Shown here in pieces: positions 1 to 10,321 of a DNA stretch of 64,000 nt (positions are counted from its first letter, which is position 1; each line of letters opens with the position of its first letter). The DNA is taken from sequence record SRR20825019_1535; one strand, 5' to 3'. The notes under the pieces were generated by a model, which had not been told where the DNA came from, did not search any database, and was given only the letters and a program-made list of their open reading frames with translations. Position numbers and translations under genes: made by a program.

Positions 1-82
1 TCATCCCGTTGAAAAACGGGACCCAGGGATGGAAGGTGCAGCCTTATGATCATCTAGGTCCCGGCTCTCTGGCCGGGATGAC
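1..82. repeat. REP-like palindromic doublet (CGTCA-type), truncated at the window edge
   Basis: tcatcccgttgaaaaacgggacccag ... ctaggtcccggctctctggccgggatgacg: two hairpins in inverted orientation, same architecture as 45097-45178; overlaps the 3' end of the DMT gene. Confidence 0.7.
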
Positions 83-1015
83 GCTTGGGGCTTTACTCCG
101 TCCCGGTGCCGCGACGAGCAGGCCTGCGGCTGTAATCAGCACCATGCCGCAGACTGTCAGCAGGTCCGGTTGTTCGGCGAAGAAGACAAAACCCCAGAGT
201 GCTGCGGAGACCAGGTACACATAGTCGAACGTCGCGATGATCGATGGTGGTGCGATCTGGTAGGCCTTGGCTGTACCGGCGGAATAAAGCGCCATGAGTG
301 CGCCGAGAAGCGCCATCACACCCCATTCCCGGACTCCCATGGCTCCCCATTCGCCAAGCAGGAACGGAGCCCTGGCTTGTGTCTCCCCATCGAGGTTTGC
401 GAGTGCAAGCAGTATCGTGAGGATCAGCCCGGTGATGAGGAACGCGCTGTTGAGGGTGAAGGAAAGTGTCAGCGGCGTTTCATCGCGGCACTTGCTCCGT
501 GTCAGAATCATTGAGAGGGAATAGAGCAGGGCGGCCAGCAGAGGCAGGAGCGCGTACCAGGAAAAGGCATCAGTGCCCGGCCGAAGAATGGCGATGACGC
601 CGAGAAAGCCGAGCAGGACACCACCCCAGCGGCGCGGCGAGACTTTTTCGCCGATCAATGCGGCGGAGAGCAGGGCGGTGATGATCGGGTTTGTGTAGAC
701 GGCGACGGCGGCAACGGAGAGTTTGAGTTCCGGCAGCGAGCTGTAAAAGGCGATCCAGGTGAGCACCAGCAAGACGCTGCGCAGCCAGGTCCAGCGCGGC
801 GTACGCGGCCGGAAACCGGCTTTCCTCACAAGCATCAGGGGGACCAGAATAGGAAGCGCCATGAGTGCGCGTGCGGCAAAAACCTGCCACAGAGTGAGCT
901 CGGCACTGACCAGCTTCACCACTGCATCGGCGAAGGCCATGAACAGCACCGAGACGAGAATGCACGCGATGCCAAAAGCGATCTGGTCCGGCCGCGTATC
1001 GTCGCCCTGTTCCAT
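50..1015 (-). CDS. DMT/EamA family transporter
   Basis: 321 aa, about 10 hydrophobic segments, EamA-like motifs (LIGEKVSPRRW; FFAEQPD). Confidence 0.85.
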   Translation of the reverse strand: MEQGDDTRPDQIAFGIACILVSVLFMAFADAVVKLVSAELTLWQVFAARALMALPILVPLMLVRKAGFRPRTPRWTWLRSVLLVLTWIAFYSSLPELKLSVAAVAVYTNPIITALLSAALIGEKVSPRRWGGVLLGFLGVIAILRPGTDAFSWYALLPLLAALLYSLSMILTRSKCRDETPLTLSFTLNSAFLITGLILTILLALANLDGETQARAPFLLGEWGAMGVREWGVMALLGALMALYSAGTAKAYQIAPPSIIATFDYVYLVSAALWGFVFFAEQPDLLTVCGMVLITAAGLLVAAPGRSKAPSVIPAREPGPR

Positions 1016-1063
1016 GTCCTTCTGGTCCCCGTCCCTCTAGTCCCCGCGCCGTGGTCACGCGGT

Positions 1064-1828
1064 CTAGGCCTTAACCTCCGGCCGCAAAATATGCGTGTGC
1101 TCTGCGTCATAGAGCGCACTGTCCCGGAAATTCTCCTCACTCAACACCCGGCCGACCATGATCAGGGCGGTGCGGGTGATCTTGGCCGCGCGGACCTTGC
1201 CGCGGATATCCGACAGAGTGCCCCGGATGATCTGTTGGTCCGGCCAGCTGGCGCGGTAGATCACGGCCACCGGGCAGTCCGCGCCGTAATGCGGTGTCAG
1301 CGCGCGTTCGATATGGCGCAGATTGCGGATCGAGAGATGGATGGCGAGGGTGGCTTTCGAGCGGCCGAGTTCTTCCAGCTCTTCGCCTTCCGGCATGGCG
1401 CTGGATTGCATGGTGGTGCGGGTCAGGATCAGCGTTTGGCTGATTTCCGGCAGGGTCAGCTCGGTTTCCAGCGCGGCGGCCGCTGCCGTATAGGCGGGCA
1501 CGCCGGGGATGATCTCGAATGGGATACCCAGAGCGCGCAGGCGGCGGATTTGTTCCGCGATGGCGCCATAGAGCGACGGGTCGCCGGAATGGACCCGGGC
1601 GACGTCATGGCCCGCCACGTGGGCAGCCTCGATATCGCCCAAGATCTCGTCCAGCGTCATCGGTGCGGTGTCGATCACCTTGGCGCCCTTGGGCGCATGG
1701 GAGACGACCGCTTCCGGTACAAGCGATCCGGCATAGAGGCAGACCGGGCAGCGGGCGATCAGATTCCGGCCTTTGATGGTCAAGAGGTCCGGATCGCCGG
1801 GGCCGGCGCCGATGAAATAGACGGTCAT
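1064..1828 (-). CDS. cobM: precorrin-4 C11-methyltransferase
   Basis: VYFIGAGPGDPDLLT, LYAGSLV, RVHSGDPSLYGAI motifs; cob cluster context. Confidence 0.93.
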   Translation of the reverse strand: MTVYFIGAGPGDPDLLTIKGRNLIARCPVCLYAGSLVPEAVVSHAPKGAKVIDTAPMTLDEILGDIEAAHVAGHDVARVHSGDPSLYGAIAEQIRRLRALGIPFEIIPGVPAYTAAAAALETELTLPEISQTLILTRTTMQSSAMPEGEELEELGRSKATLAIHLSIRNLRHIERALTPHYGADCPVAVIYRASWPDQQIIRGTLSDIRGKVRAAKITRTALIMVGRVLSEENFRDSALYDAEHTHILRPEVKA

Positions 1829-3621
1829 TGTGCAGCCTCTGAAGTCTTGTCTGCGCGGATAGAGGTGCCGGCCTTACCGGCATAGCCGCGCGGGGTATAG
1901 ACGTGTTTGCCGTTGAACCGTGTCTCGCTGGAGCCGACCATGACCAGCGTCAGCATGTCGACCTGATCGACGGACAGATCCTGAAGAGTGGTGACGGTGA
2001 TCTTCTCTTCGTCGCGGCCGAGCGAGCGGCCGAGGATCACTGGTGTCTCCGGCGGCCGGTGCTGCAACAGCACCTCACGGGCATAGGCGAGCTGGGTCCG
2101 GCGGCGCATGGAGACCGGGTTGTAGAAAGAGATCACGAAATCTCCTTCAGCGGCGGCCTTCACCCGCTGCTGGATCGCCTCCCACGGGGTCAGCAGATCG
2201 GACAGGGAGATGGTGCAGAAATCGTGGCCGAGCGGCGCGCCGATCCGGGCGGCGCAGGCCTGCAGGGCGGAGATGCCGGGCGTGACCCAGACATGCAGCC
2301 GCTCCCAGTCCTTCCGGCCCGCCTTGTCCAGCAGCTCATAGACCAACGTCGCCATGGCGTAGATGCCGATATCGCCGGAAGAAACCAGCACGACCGACTT
2401 GCCTTCCGCCGCAAGATCGAGCGCATAGGCGGCACGTTTCTCTTCCTCACCGAGGGCAAAATCATGCCGCTCCTTGCCAGCCGCGAGCGGGCCGAGCAGG
2501 TCGATATAGAGGCCGTAGCCGACGATCACTTCGGCATTGCGGATGGCCGCATCTGCTTCCGGGGTCCGCCAGAAATCCGCACCGGGGCCGATGCCGACCA
2601 GGGCGAGTTGCCCGCGCGCGATGCCGGCGGAGCCAGTGTCGATCAGTGCCGGTGCTTCGGCGATGGCGCAGGTTGCCCGTTTTGATTTCCGCTTCGGCAC
2701 GATCAGCGCCGCGTCCGGCCCGGCAGCGGCAAGGGCCGCACCTTCGCTGACGCCATGGCAGCCGACTTCCCGGAACACCACGTCCGATGGCGTGGCGAGA
2801 CGCGGGGTTTCTTCTTCCAGTCGGGCCGCATCGAAGAACCGAACAGGCCGGCCCAGATGGGCGCCGAGGGCATGCACTGCCGCTTCATCCATCTTCACAT
2901 CGATGGAATAGACACCGGCAATTGCCTCGCGGGCGAGATTGTTCTCGGCCAACGTCTCTTCGACCAGACGGATCAGCTCGTCCGGCTCCGCATCCCGCTC
3001 GCAGCCGACGCCGAGGGCGAGGCGCTCGGGGTGATAGGTCAGGCTCTTTTGTGCGGCATCGGCGATTGTGACGGAGGCTGTGATCCGGCAATCGGCAGCA
3101 TCGTCCCGCTTGAGATCAGCGTCAGCCAGCCAGTCCAGCGCCGGGTCGATGGAGGCGTTCTCTCCGGCCAGCAGGGCTGCGGCGACGCTCTTGTAATCGG
3201 CGCCGGGGGTGAGGTGCCAGCCGGTGGGTGGATTGTCGAGCGCGACGCCCAGGCTGAGGTCGCTGGCGGTGGTGATCGATGGTGCGATGCCGAGTGCTTG
3301 ACCGGCCCGGCGGGCCAGATCGTTGGCGCCGTGATGGCCGCCGAGCAATGGCACGACGGCAGAGCCGTCCTCGGCGATGGCCAGCACTGGCGGTTCCGCT
3401 TCCTTGTCGGCCAGCAGCGGCGCCAGGATGCGGATCAATGCTCCGGCGGCCCCGACGAACAGGATAGGCGAGCCGATGGTAAACAGATCGCGCAAGTGCT
3501 CTGCGACTTCGGTGAAAACCCGGTCGGCGGGCGCGCTGCGGGCATGCAGCTCCATCTCCAGCGCCTTGGCGAGCTTTTCACCGGTCTCGCGGCCGGAGGG
3601 GGACAGAACGACGATTGTCAT
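1825..3621 (-). CDS. cobJ: CbiG/CobE-precorrin-3B C17-methyltransferase fusion
   Basis: N-terminal CbiG motifs (LLGGHHGANDLA, GVSEGAAL); C-terminal CobJ motifs (VGIGPG, GHDFCTISLSDLLTPW, YTPRGY). Confidence 0.9.
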   Translation of the reverse strand: MTIVVLSPSGRETGEKLAKALEMELHARSAPADRVFTEVAEHLRDLFTIGSPILFVGAAGALIRILAPLLADKEAEPPVLAIAEDGSAVVPLLGGHHGANDLARRAGQALGIAPSITTASDLSLGVALDNPPTGWHLTPGADYKSVAAALLAGENASIDPALDWLADADLKRDDAADCRITASVTIADAAQKSLTYHPERLALGVGCERDAEPDELIRLVEETLAENNLAREAIAGVYSIDVKMDEAAVHALGAHLGRPVRFFDAARLEEETPRLATPSDVVFREVGCHGVSEGAALAAAGPDAALIVPKRKSKRATCAIAEAPALIDTGSAGIARGQLALVGIGPGADFWRTPEADAAIRNAEVIVGYGLYIDLLGPLAAGKERHDFALGEEEKRAAYALDLAAEGKSVVLVSSGDIGIYAMATLVYELLDKAGRKDWERLHVWVTPGISALQACAARIGAPLGHDFCTISLSDLLTPWEAIQQRVKAAAEGDFVISFYNPVSMRRRTQLAYAREVLLQHRPPETPVILGRSLGRDEEKITVTTLQDLSVDQVDMLTLVMVGSSETRFNGKHVYTPRGYAGKAGTSIRADKTSEAAQ

Positions 3622-4337
3622 AGGCGGCTTCCCTCAAGGAAGGCCTCACCGCGTTTATGCAGGAGGATCATGGAGAAATAGGGGGCGGCGGAGGCGTCCA
3701 CCTCGGCAAGTGGCAGGCAGCGCTGGCTGTCCATCGTCGCATGTTCGATATAGCGGGCATCGTCGAGCAGGCCGAGATCCGCCAGCAGGGTCCGGACGCG
3801 CTCAAGATGGCGGCCGATTTTCATGATGACGGCGCCGTCTGTGTTCTCCAGCCGGGCGCGCAGAATGTCGTCCGGCAGGGGCGCGGGCAGCACCGTCAGC
3901 ACGTCATTGCGGGAGACCAGCGGGGCGCCGAGCGCGGCGGCGGAGGCCATCAGGGAGGAGATGCCGGGCACCACCTCGGCCCGGTGCTTCGGGGCCAGCC
4001 GTTCATAGAGATACATGAAGGAGCCATAGAAGAACGGATCACCCTCGCACAGCACGACGACATTCTGGCCCTTGTCGAGCGCTACGCCGATATGCAGGCT
4101 GGCCGCGTCATAAACCTGCGCCGCCGGGAAGCGGGATGTGACCATCGGCATGCGGATGGCGTATTCCGCACGGCCTTCCGGGATGTGCGGCGCGGCGATC
4201 TCGCGCGCCAGACTGTCGCCATCCTCCGGCGCCGGATAGCAGATCAGATCCGCCGCCTGCAGCCGTTTCAGCGCCTTCAGCGTGATCAGGTCCGGGTCGC
4301 CCGGTCCAACGCCGATGCCTGTGAGCAAACCGGTCAT
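3618..4337 (-). CDS. cobI: precorrin-2 C20-methyltransferase
   Basis: GIGVGPGDPDLITLKA, CEGDPFFYGSFMY, PYFS; start trimmed to ATG at 4337. Confidence 0.92.
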   Translation of the reverse strand: MTGLLTGIGVGPGDPDLITLKALKRLQAADLICYPAPEDGDSLAREIAAPHIPEGRAEYAIRMPMVTSRFPAAQVYDAASLHIGVALDKGQNVVVLCEGDPFFYGSFMYLYERLAPKHRAEVVPGISSLMASAAALGAPLVSRNDVLTVLPAPLPDDILRARLENTDGAVIMKIGRHLERVRTLLADLGLLDDARYIEHATMDSQRCLPLAEVDASAAPYFSMILLHKRGEAFLEGSRL

Positions 4338-4341
4338 GCCG

Positions 4342-5574
4342 CTATTCCGCCTTGTCCGTTTCGGGCTTGGTGGCGGCCCATTGGGTGACACTCATCAATG
4401 GCCGCCAGCCCTGATAGGGGCCGACAGGTTCCGCGCGAGAGACGGCAATGCGGGAAAGCAGCCCGCCGAGGCGCGCTTGCGCCGCGAACAGTGCCGCCTC
4501 GCCTTCCAGCGTCACCACATTCGCGACCAATTTTCCGCCGGGTTGTAAAGCAGACCAGCAGGTATCCAGCACACCGTCGCCGGTAATCCCGCCGCCAATG
4601 AAGATCGCATCTGGCGCTTCAAGCCCAGCCAGTGCCTCCGGTGCGCGGCCTTCCACGATCCTGAGAAACGGCACCCCGAGGGCGTCTGCATTGAGCCGGA
4701 TGGTTTCAATACGTTCCGGATTGCTCTCGATGGCGATGGCTTTCGCTAATGGGTCCGTGCGCATCCATTCGATCGCAACGGAGCCGGAGCCCGCCCCGAC
4801 ATCCCAGAGCAACTGGCCCGGACCCGGCCGCAGGGCGGAGAGTGTCGCCGCGCGGACCTCGCGCTTGGTCAACTGCCCGTCGCTTTCGTAAAGATCGTCA
4901 TCCAGGCCCGGCGTGGTGCCGAGAGCGACGGGTCTGCCCGGCTGGCATAGCGCCACGGCAATGGTGTTGAAATCGGCACCGGGCTGGTGCGGCCAGTCCG
5001 ACGCCGTACCGTCCAGCCGCCGCTCGGACGAGCCGCCCATATGCTCGAACACGCTCATGGTGCTGGCGCCGAACCCGGCACCGGAGAGATAGGCCGCGAC
5101 CTGCCCCGGTGTCTCCCGGCTGTCGCTCAGCAGCATCAGTTTCAGGCCCGGCTGCAGGGCGGCGGCGAGCAGGGCAAGCGGGCGTCCATGCAGGGTCAGC
5201 GTGCGCACTTCGGAGAGCGGCCAGGCAAGGCGCGCGGCGACGAGGGAGAACGCGGACGGTCCCGGATAGATCGCCATTTCACTGGCCGGGAGATGCTTGG
5301 CGAGGGTGGCGCCGATGCCAAACTGCATCGGATCGCCGGTCGCCAGCACCGCGATCGGGCGGCCGCGCATGGTGAGGATAGCCTCGACCAGCTTGCTGAG
5401 CGGGGAGGGCCATTCATGCCGTTCGCGCCCGTCGTCGGGCACCATTGCGAGATGCCGGGCGCCGCCGATCAGCACTTCGGCACTGTCCAGCAACGCGCGG
5501 GCGGTGGGTGTAAGTCCCTCCAGCCCGTCTTCGCCGATGCCGATCACACGCAGCCATGGCGTCTTGGTCGTCAT
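4342..5574 (-). CDS. cobL: precorrin-6Y C5,15-methyltransferase (CbiE/CbiT)
   Basis: IGIGEDG, LATGDPM, GQLTKREVRA, LWDVGAGSGSVAIEW. Confidence 0.92.
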   Translation of the reverse strand: MTTKTPWLRVIGIGEDGLEGLTPTARALLDSAEVLIGGARHLAMVPDDGRERHEWPSPLSKLVEAILTMRGRPIAVLATGDPMQFGIGATLAKHLPASEMAIYPGPSAFSLVAARLAWPLSEVRTLTLHGRPLALLAAALQPGLKLMLLSDSRETPGQVAAYLSGAGFGASTMSVFEHMGGSSERRLDGTASDWPHQPGADFNTIAVALCQPGRPVALGTTPGLDDDLYESDGQLTKREVRAATLSALRPGPGQLLWDVGAGSGSVAIEWMRTDPLAKAIAIESNPERIETIRLNADALGVPFLRIVEGRAPEALAGLEAPDAIFIGGGITGDGVLDTCWSALQPGGKLVANVVTLEGEAALFAAQARLGGLLSRIAVSRAEPVGPYQGWRPLMSVTQWAATKPETDKAE

Positions 5575-6224
5575 GGGGTGGTGCCTTTCCCGGCAAGGAT
5601 CGCCAGCGCATTCACCGCCGCCGCCGCCATGGCACTGCCGCCGCGTCTGTCCGGCAGGGTGAGGAAGGGCGGCAGACCATCGGTTGCCGCCAGTGCCTGC
5701 TTCGATTCCGCCGCGCCGACAAAGCCGACCGGAAAACCGAGAATAATCGCCGGGCGCGGGCCACCGGCAAGAATGCTCTCCATCAGGCGGAACAGCGCTG
5801 TTGGTGCATTGCCGATGGAGACGACAGCGCCCTCCAAGTGATCCTGCCAGAGGGTGACCTGGGCGGCAGAGAGCGTGGTCGCTTCGGCCTTCGCCAGATC
5901 GGACAGGCGCGGATCGCGGATCAGGCTGATCACCTCATTCCCTGCCGGCAGTAGTTTTGGGGTGACGCCGTGGGCGACCATGGCTGCATCGCAAATGATT
6001 GGTGCCCCGGCGGCAAGCGCTGCCCGCCCAGCCTCGACCGCGCCTTGGGAGAAAACCAGATCCCGCGCAATCTCCGGCATGCCGCAGGCATGCACAAGGC
6101 GCACCGCGACCTCGGCCTCGTCGGTGTCGAAGCGGGAAAGATCGGTCTCCGCCCGGACGATCTCGAAGGATCGCCGGTAGATGGCGGCCGGGTCTTCCTC
6201 GTATTCGAAAGTTGGCGCGGTCAT
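5571..6224 (-). CDS. cobH: precorrin-8X methylmutase
   Basis: IYRRSFEIV, IGNAPTALF, PVGFVGAAESK, RGGSAMAAAAVNA. Confidence 0.95.
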   Translation of the reverse strand: MTAPTFEYEEDPAAIYRRSFEIVRAETDLSRFDTDEAEVAVRLVHACGMPEIARDLVFSQGAVEAGRAALAAGAPIICDAAMVAHGVTPKLLPAGNEVISLIRDPRLSDLAKAEATTLSAAQVTLWQDHLEGAVVSIGNAPTALFRLMESILAGGPRPAIILGFPVGFVGAAESKQALAATDGLPPFLTLPDRRGGSAMAAAAVNALAILAGKGTTP

Positions 6225-6238
6225 GTCGGCGGGCCGGA

Positions 6239-7327
6239 TCAGGAATCGTTCAGCGTGCGCGGACCAAGCGGATGGTCCGCATGGGGATAGGGATGATGGT
6301 GGTGGTCATGCCCGTGCCCGTCTCCGTGATCATGCCCATGGCTGTGCCCGTGGTCATGGGAATGCCCGTGCTTGTGATCGTGATCATGGTGATCGTGCTC
6401 ATGATCATGATCGTGGCTATGGCCATCACTGTCGTTGATGCCCTCGACATGGTGGTGATGGCTTTCCTGCGGCAGGCCGACCTCGTCCTCGAAGCCGAGC
6501 ACCTGCTGGCGGTACTTGCACATCTGGCAGTTCATGTTGCCGGTGCCGTCGGTGATCTCCCTGACCCGGTCAAGGAAGGTCTCGATCACCAGCGGGTGGT
6601 CGTTCAGGTAGGGCGCCTTGACGAAGTCGATCTCCGGATGCCGGGCCGCGACCTTGTCGACATAGTCATAGATCCGGGTGATCAGAATGCCGGTGAAGAG
6701 GAAATAGGGGAACACGACGATGCGCTTGTAGCCGAGCTTGGCGGCATGCTCGAGCGCCGGTTCGACCAGCGGGAAAGTGACGCCGGAATAGGCGGTCTCG
6801 CCCCAGCCGAAGCCCATGCCCTCCCAGAGCAGGCGCATCACCTTGGAGACGTTCGAGTTGGCGTCCGGGTCCGACGCGCCACGGCCGACCACGACCAGCA
6901 TGGTTTCATGCCGGGAGATCTCGTCACCGGCAGCAGCCAGCGCTTCCTCGACGCGGGCCGAGGCGGCGCGGATCATCTTCACATCGATGCCGAGCTCGCG
7001 CCCGTAATGGATATTCATGCCGCCCGACTGGGCCTGGTAGGTGTTCAGCACCGAAGGAATGTCGTTCTTGGCATGACCCGCGGCGAACAGCATACCGGGC
7101 ACGGCCAGCACATCCGTCACACCCTGTTCCTTCAGGGCATCGAGGCCGGTTCGGATGATCGGCGTGGCGAATTCGAGATAGCCGTAATCCACCGGCATGT
7201 CCGGCATCTGTTCCTTGATCCGGACGGCGAGTTTCGCGAACTCGTCCACGGCGGCCTGATCGCGGCTGCCATGCCCGCAGACCATTACACCCAGTTTTCC
7301 GGTAATTTTTTTATCTGAAACGCTCAT
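6239..7327 (-). CDS. cbiX: sirohydrochlorin chelatase CbiX-like protein with CxxC motif and His-rich tail
   Basis: CGHGSRD, LFAAGHAKNDIP, GRGASDPDAN, MNCQMCKYR, long His-rich C-terminus. Confidence 0.85.
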   Translation of the reverse strand: MSVSDKKITGKLGVMVCGHGSRDQAAVDEFAKLAVRIKEQMPDMPVDYGYLEFATPIIRTGLDALKEQGVTDVLAVPGMLFAAGHAKNDIPSVLNTYQAQSGGMNIHYGRELGIDVKMIRAASARVEEALAAAGDEISRHETMLVVVGRGASDPDANSNVSKVMRLLWEGMGFGWGETAYSGVTFPLVEPALEHAAKLGYKRIVVFPYFLFTGILITRIYDYVDKVAARHPEIDFVKAPYLNDHPLVIETFLDRVREITDGTGNMNCQMCKYRQQVLGFEDEVGLPQESHHHHVEGINDSDGHSHDHDHEHDHHDHDHKHGHSHDHGHSHGHDHGDGHGHDHHHHPYPHADHPLGPRTLNDS

Positions 7328-7859
7328 CTCATCCCCCACCGCCGCGTGCACGGGGGCGCGGGAATGCTGCCATCCCGGCCACGAGCCGCCGCGGATATCC
7401 TTGCTGGATCTATCCGGCCCCGGAGATCTCCGGGGCGCCCGTCACGTCAGTGTCCCGGGCCGAAGTCTTCTGGATAGAGCGTCGGGTGGATGGGGGCAAG
7501 TCCGGATCTGACCATTTGCATCGTGATCGCGACTTCGATTCTGTATGTCATCCCTTTGTTCCCTGATCCCCATCGGGGTATCGCGGAGTGGGATTAATTG
7601 ACTGTAAAAGTAGTTCCGAGGACTCTTGCAGGAGCCTTTTCCGCTGAAGCGGGGTGGCCCGGATGATCGGGAAATCATTTATCAAAAAGTGCTAAATTCA
7701 CCGACCGCTACAAGCACAAAATCAGGACCACAGCCGAGATTGCGGAGATCGTTGTGGGCTTCCCGAGGCGTATGAAGGTGAGCATACCCACGGAGCGTTC
7801 GATGTGCTGCACCCAGGACATCTCCGTCATCTGGGCTTCGTGAAGGTAAGGCCAAGATT

Positions 7860-7990
7860 TTGGTCGCAAGCCTGACTGCGGACCGGCATATAGCGAAGGG
7901 TGTTTATCGTCCGCATGTATCCGAGCAGCCGCAGGCACTCAATCTCGCGGTATTTGAAATGGTCGATTATGTTGTCATCGACCCGACCCG
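7860..7990 (+). pseudogene. fragment of an HldE/RfaE-like nucleotidyltransferase
   Basis: VASLTADRHIAKGVYRPHV...ALNLAVFEMVDYVVID resembles the cytidylyltransferase-type domain of ADP-heptose synthase-like proteins; isolated fragment only. Confidence 0.5.
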
Positions 7991-8197
7991 GCCAACCACC
8001 AACAAGAATGCCATTCTTGCATGGGAAGTTGCGTTTGCGGCCGACCCTGATTTACGGGGCCACCGATCTGCACAATGGTTATGGTTCGAACCGTTTCATG
8101 CGGCTTGCCCCCACGAGTGAGAAAATCCGGCTGTCCTGCTAGAAGAGCGAGGTGATTGATCAGGACAGGGCACCATGCCGCATAAGGGTTACCGGCA

Positions 8198-8340
8198 TTG
8201 ATCCGGGCTCTCCGCGAGATCAGCCGGGTCGGCAAGGGCAAGAGCTTCGTCCGTGTGGACTCGTGTTACACGCCGGAGCAGAAGGCCGTCTTGGAGGACT
8301 GGGTGCTGATAGCTGAGTTCCATGACCACCCGGATGGCTT
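8198..8340 (+). pseudogene. C-terminal fragment of a class I SAM-dependent methyltransferase
   Basis: ALREISRVGKGKSFVRVDSCYTPEQKAVLEDWVLIAEFHDHPDG resembles the C-termini of glycan-cluster methyltransferases; no SAM-binding N-terminus. Confidence 0.5.
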
Positions 8341-8472
8341 TCGATATCGAGCGAGAAAGGCTCCGGGCATAATGAATTGCGGTCGATACCGATCATTTTC
8401 TTCGGGTTGGCATTGTTGAGCAGATATTTAGCGGCATGGATATCGAAGTTGCCGTCGCCGATAACCGCCTGC

Positions 8473-8500
8473 TCCGGAGCCACTTCGGGGTGGCTCCGGA
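8473..8500. terminator. hairpin downstream of the epimerase gene
   Basis: tccggagccac-ttcggg-gtggctccgga, perfect 11-bp stem just after the 8512 stop; no clear U-tract. Confidence 0.45.
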
Positions 8501-8511
8501 ATTTCGGCGGG

Positions 8512-9534
8512 TCAGGACGCGTTGATCGCTTTGAGCCTTTTGACATTGTAGTAGAAATCATCGGTCATCGGCTCGGGCAGCTTGTCTGCCTTGAACGCTT
8601 TGACGAGGTCCCGGACGGCATCCTCGATGGAGTGTGCCGGGCGGAAGCCAAGCTTCTCCGCGATCTTGTCGGAATTGATGTGATAGGAGCGATTGTCGTC
8701 GCTCGGGGTGGTAACGAGTTCGATGTCCCCAAGCTCTGGCATTTCCTGCTCGACCACTTTCTTGACGATCTTGGCAATATCCATGATCGACTGGTTCTGG
8801 TAGCCGGCATTGAAGGTCTCGCCGGCGATCTTCTCGTCCTCGACCTCAAGCAGCAGCTTGTAGAGGTTGCACATGTCCTGGATGTGCAGGTTCGGACGTA
8901 GTTGGTCGCCGCCGAACACGGTGATCTTGCCGTTGTTGATAGCATGGTTGGTCAGAATGTTGACTGAGAGATCCAGGCGCTGGCGGGGGCCGTAGCCACA
9001 AACCGTAGCCGGGCGGATCGTGACGCAGACGAAATCATCGCTCTGATGTTTGAACAGTAGCGGCTCACACATGCCTTTGAACTTGTTATAGAGGGTCAGC
9101 GGTAGAAGCGGATGATCTTCTTTCACGTCGGGCTCGTCGGAGACGCCGTAGACCGAGCTGGAGGAGGCATAGACGAAGCGCTTCACGCCAGCCGCCTTGG
9201 CGGCGATTACCATCGGCTCGAAGGCATCGAAATTGATGGTCTCGCTCAGCGATTCGTTCAGCTCGAAGCTGGCATCGTTGGAGATGCAGGCAAGGTTGAT
9301 CATCGCATCGCAGCCCTTGAGGGCTTGCGACAGGGCCGCCGTATCGCGGATATCGCCTTTAACCGAGGTCAGCTTGGGATCGTTCTTCGGCAGAAAGTCA
9401 TCGCCAAAGAACTGAATGTCGTACGAAACGACTTCGTAGCCCAGATCCAACAGTTGGGGAACCAGCAGGCTTCCCACATATCCGGCCCCACCTGTAACCA
9501 GGACCTTCTTGAATCGATTTGCCAACGGGCACAC
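8512..9534 (-). CDS. NAD-dependent epimerase/dehydratase (extended SDR)
   Basis: TGGAGYVGS, ASSSSVYG, YNKFK (YxxxK). Confidence 0.9.
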   Translation of the reverse strand: MCPLANRFKKVLVTGGAGYVGSLLVPQLLDLGYEVVSYDIQFFGDDFLPKNDPKLTSVKGDIRDTAALSQALKGCDAMINLACISNDASFELNESLSETINFDAFEPMVIAAKAAGVKRFVYASSSSVYGVSDEPDVKEDHPLLPLTLYNKFKGMCEPLLFKHQSDDFVCVTIRPATVCGYGPRQRLDLSVNILTNHAINNGKITVFGGDQLRPNLHIQDMCNLYKLLLEVEDEKIAGETFNAGYQNQSIMDIAKIVKKVVEQEMPELGDIELVTTPSDDNRSYHINSDKIAEKLGFRPAHSIEDAVRDLVKAFKADKLPEPMTDDFYYNVKRLKAINAS

Positions 9535-9570
9535 TCCCCTGAATTTGTCTGCTTCAGACTGGTTGAAGTT

Positions 9571-10294
9571 CTATTCGACGACGATGTCGTAACCAGCCGA
9601 TGTAGCATCGTCGAAGAACATTTTCACCGTCTCCGGTGAAAATGCATCCAGATCTCTGTCTATCCCAGCAAGTTTCTTTAACAAATCATCGGTGACTGTG
9701 ATGATGTTGTAGCCGACCGTATCGGTTTGAAACAGGTTCAACATCTCGCGCTGGCTTGCCCAAAGCAGTTGTGCCGCAGGCTTGCCGATGAGAATGTCCT
9801 TACATATTTTTATTATAGGTCCGAGGTCGCGCTCGGTATCGGCGATGCGTCTAGCAAAAACGGAGACAATAGAGGACGTTTCATCGCTTAACGCTTCAGC
9901 TATAATCTCCACCTGTATTTCAGTCATGATGCCGTTACGTTGATCGAAATGCCGTTGGCGGACAGTGTGTGGATCAGCGTTGCGGCTGACACGCCCCCAG
10001 TGTTGGAAACCGGACTTTTAACCGATACGTTTTTGCCCCAGAACGTGCTCTGCCGAGCCTGCTTTTCCATTGTTGGAAAGTCATCAGCAAACACCTCGAA
10101 ATTTATTGATTTGTCCCTAATCAAGGCTAGAGCATCCTTGGCGAAACATTCATAGTCCTGAATGCCGTTTTGCGTATGGGCGTTGGATTCGTTGTGAAAA
10201 CCTTGATAAAAGGATCTTTGGTCCATGCGGCGATGGTCTCAAGATCGGCACCATCAGCGTAGACAGCAATACTAAGGTCTGATGTGAAAACCAT
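9571..10294 (-). pseudogene. transaldolase-family pseudogene (two frameshifts)
   Basis: Three consecutive frames read MVFTSDLSIAVYADGAD...FTTNPT / ...INFEVFADDF...VSVKSPVSNT...INVTA / ...VSVFARRIADT...LLWASQRE...TVKMFFDDA, a continuous transaldolase. Confidence 0.85.
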
Positions 10295-10321
10295 ACTATG
10301 ATGCTCCCTTATGTTCTGGAA

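Noticed and set aside
6290-6460. Tandem gtgatc/catg repeats
   Set aside because: They are the coding sequence of the His-rich CbiX tail, not an independent repeat element.
7708-7938. Possible DMT-like C-terminal remnant
   Set aside because: A single short hydrophobic stretch; too weak to assign.
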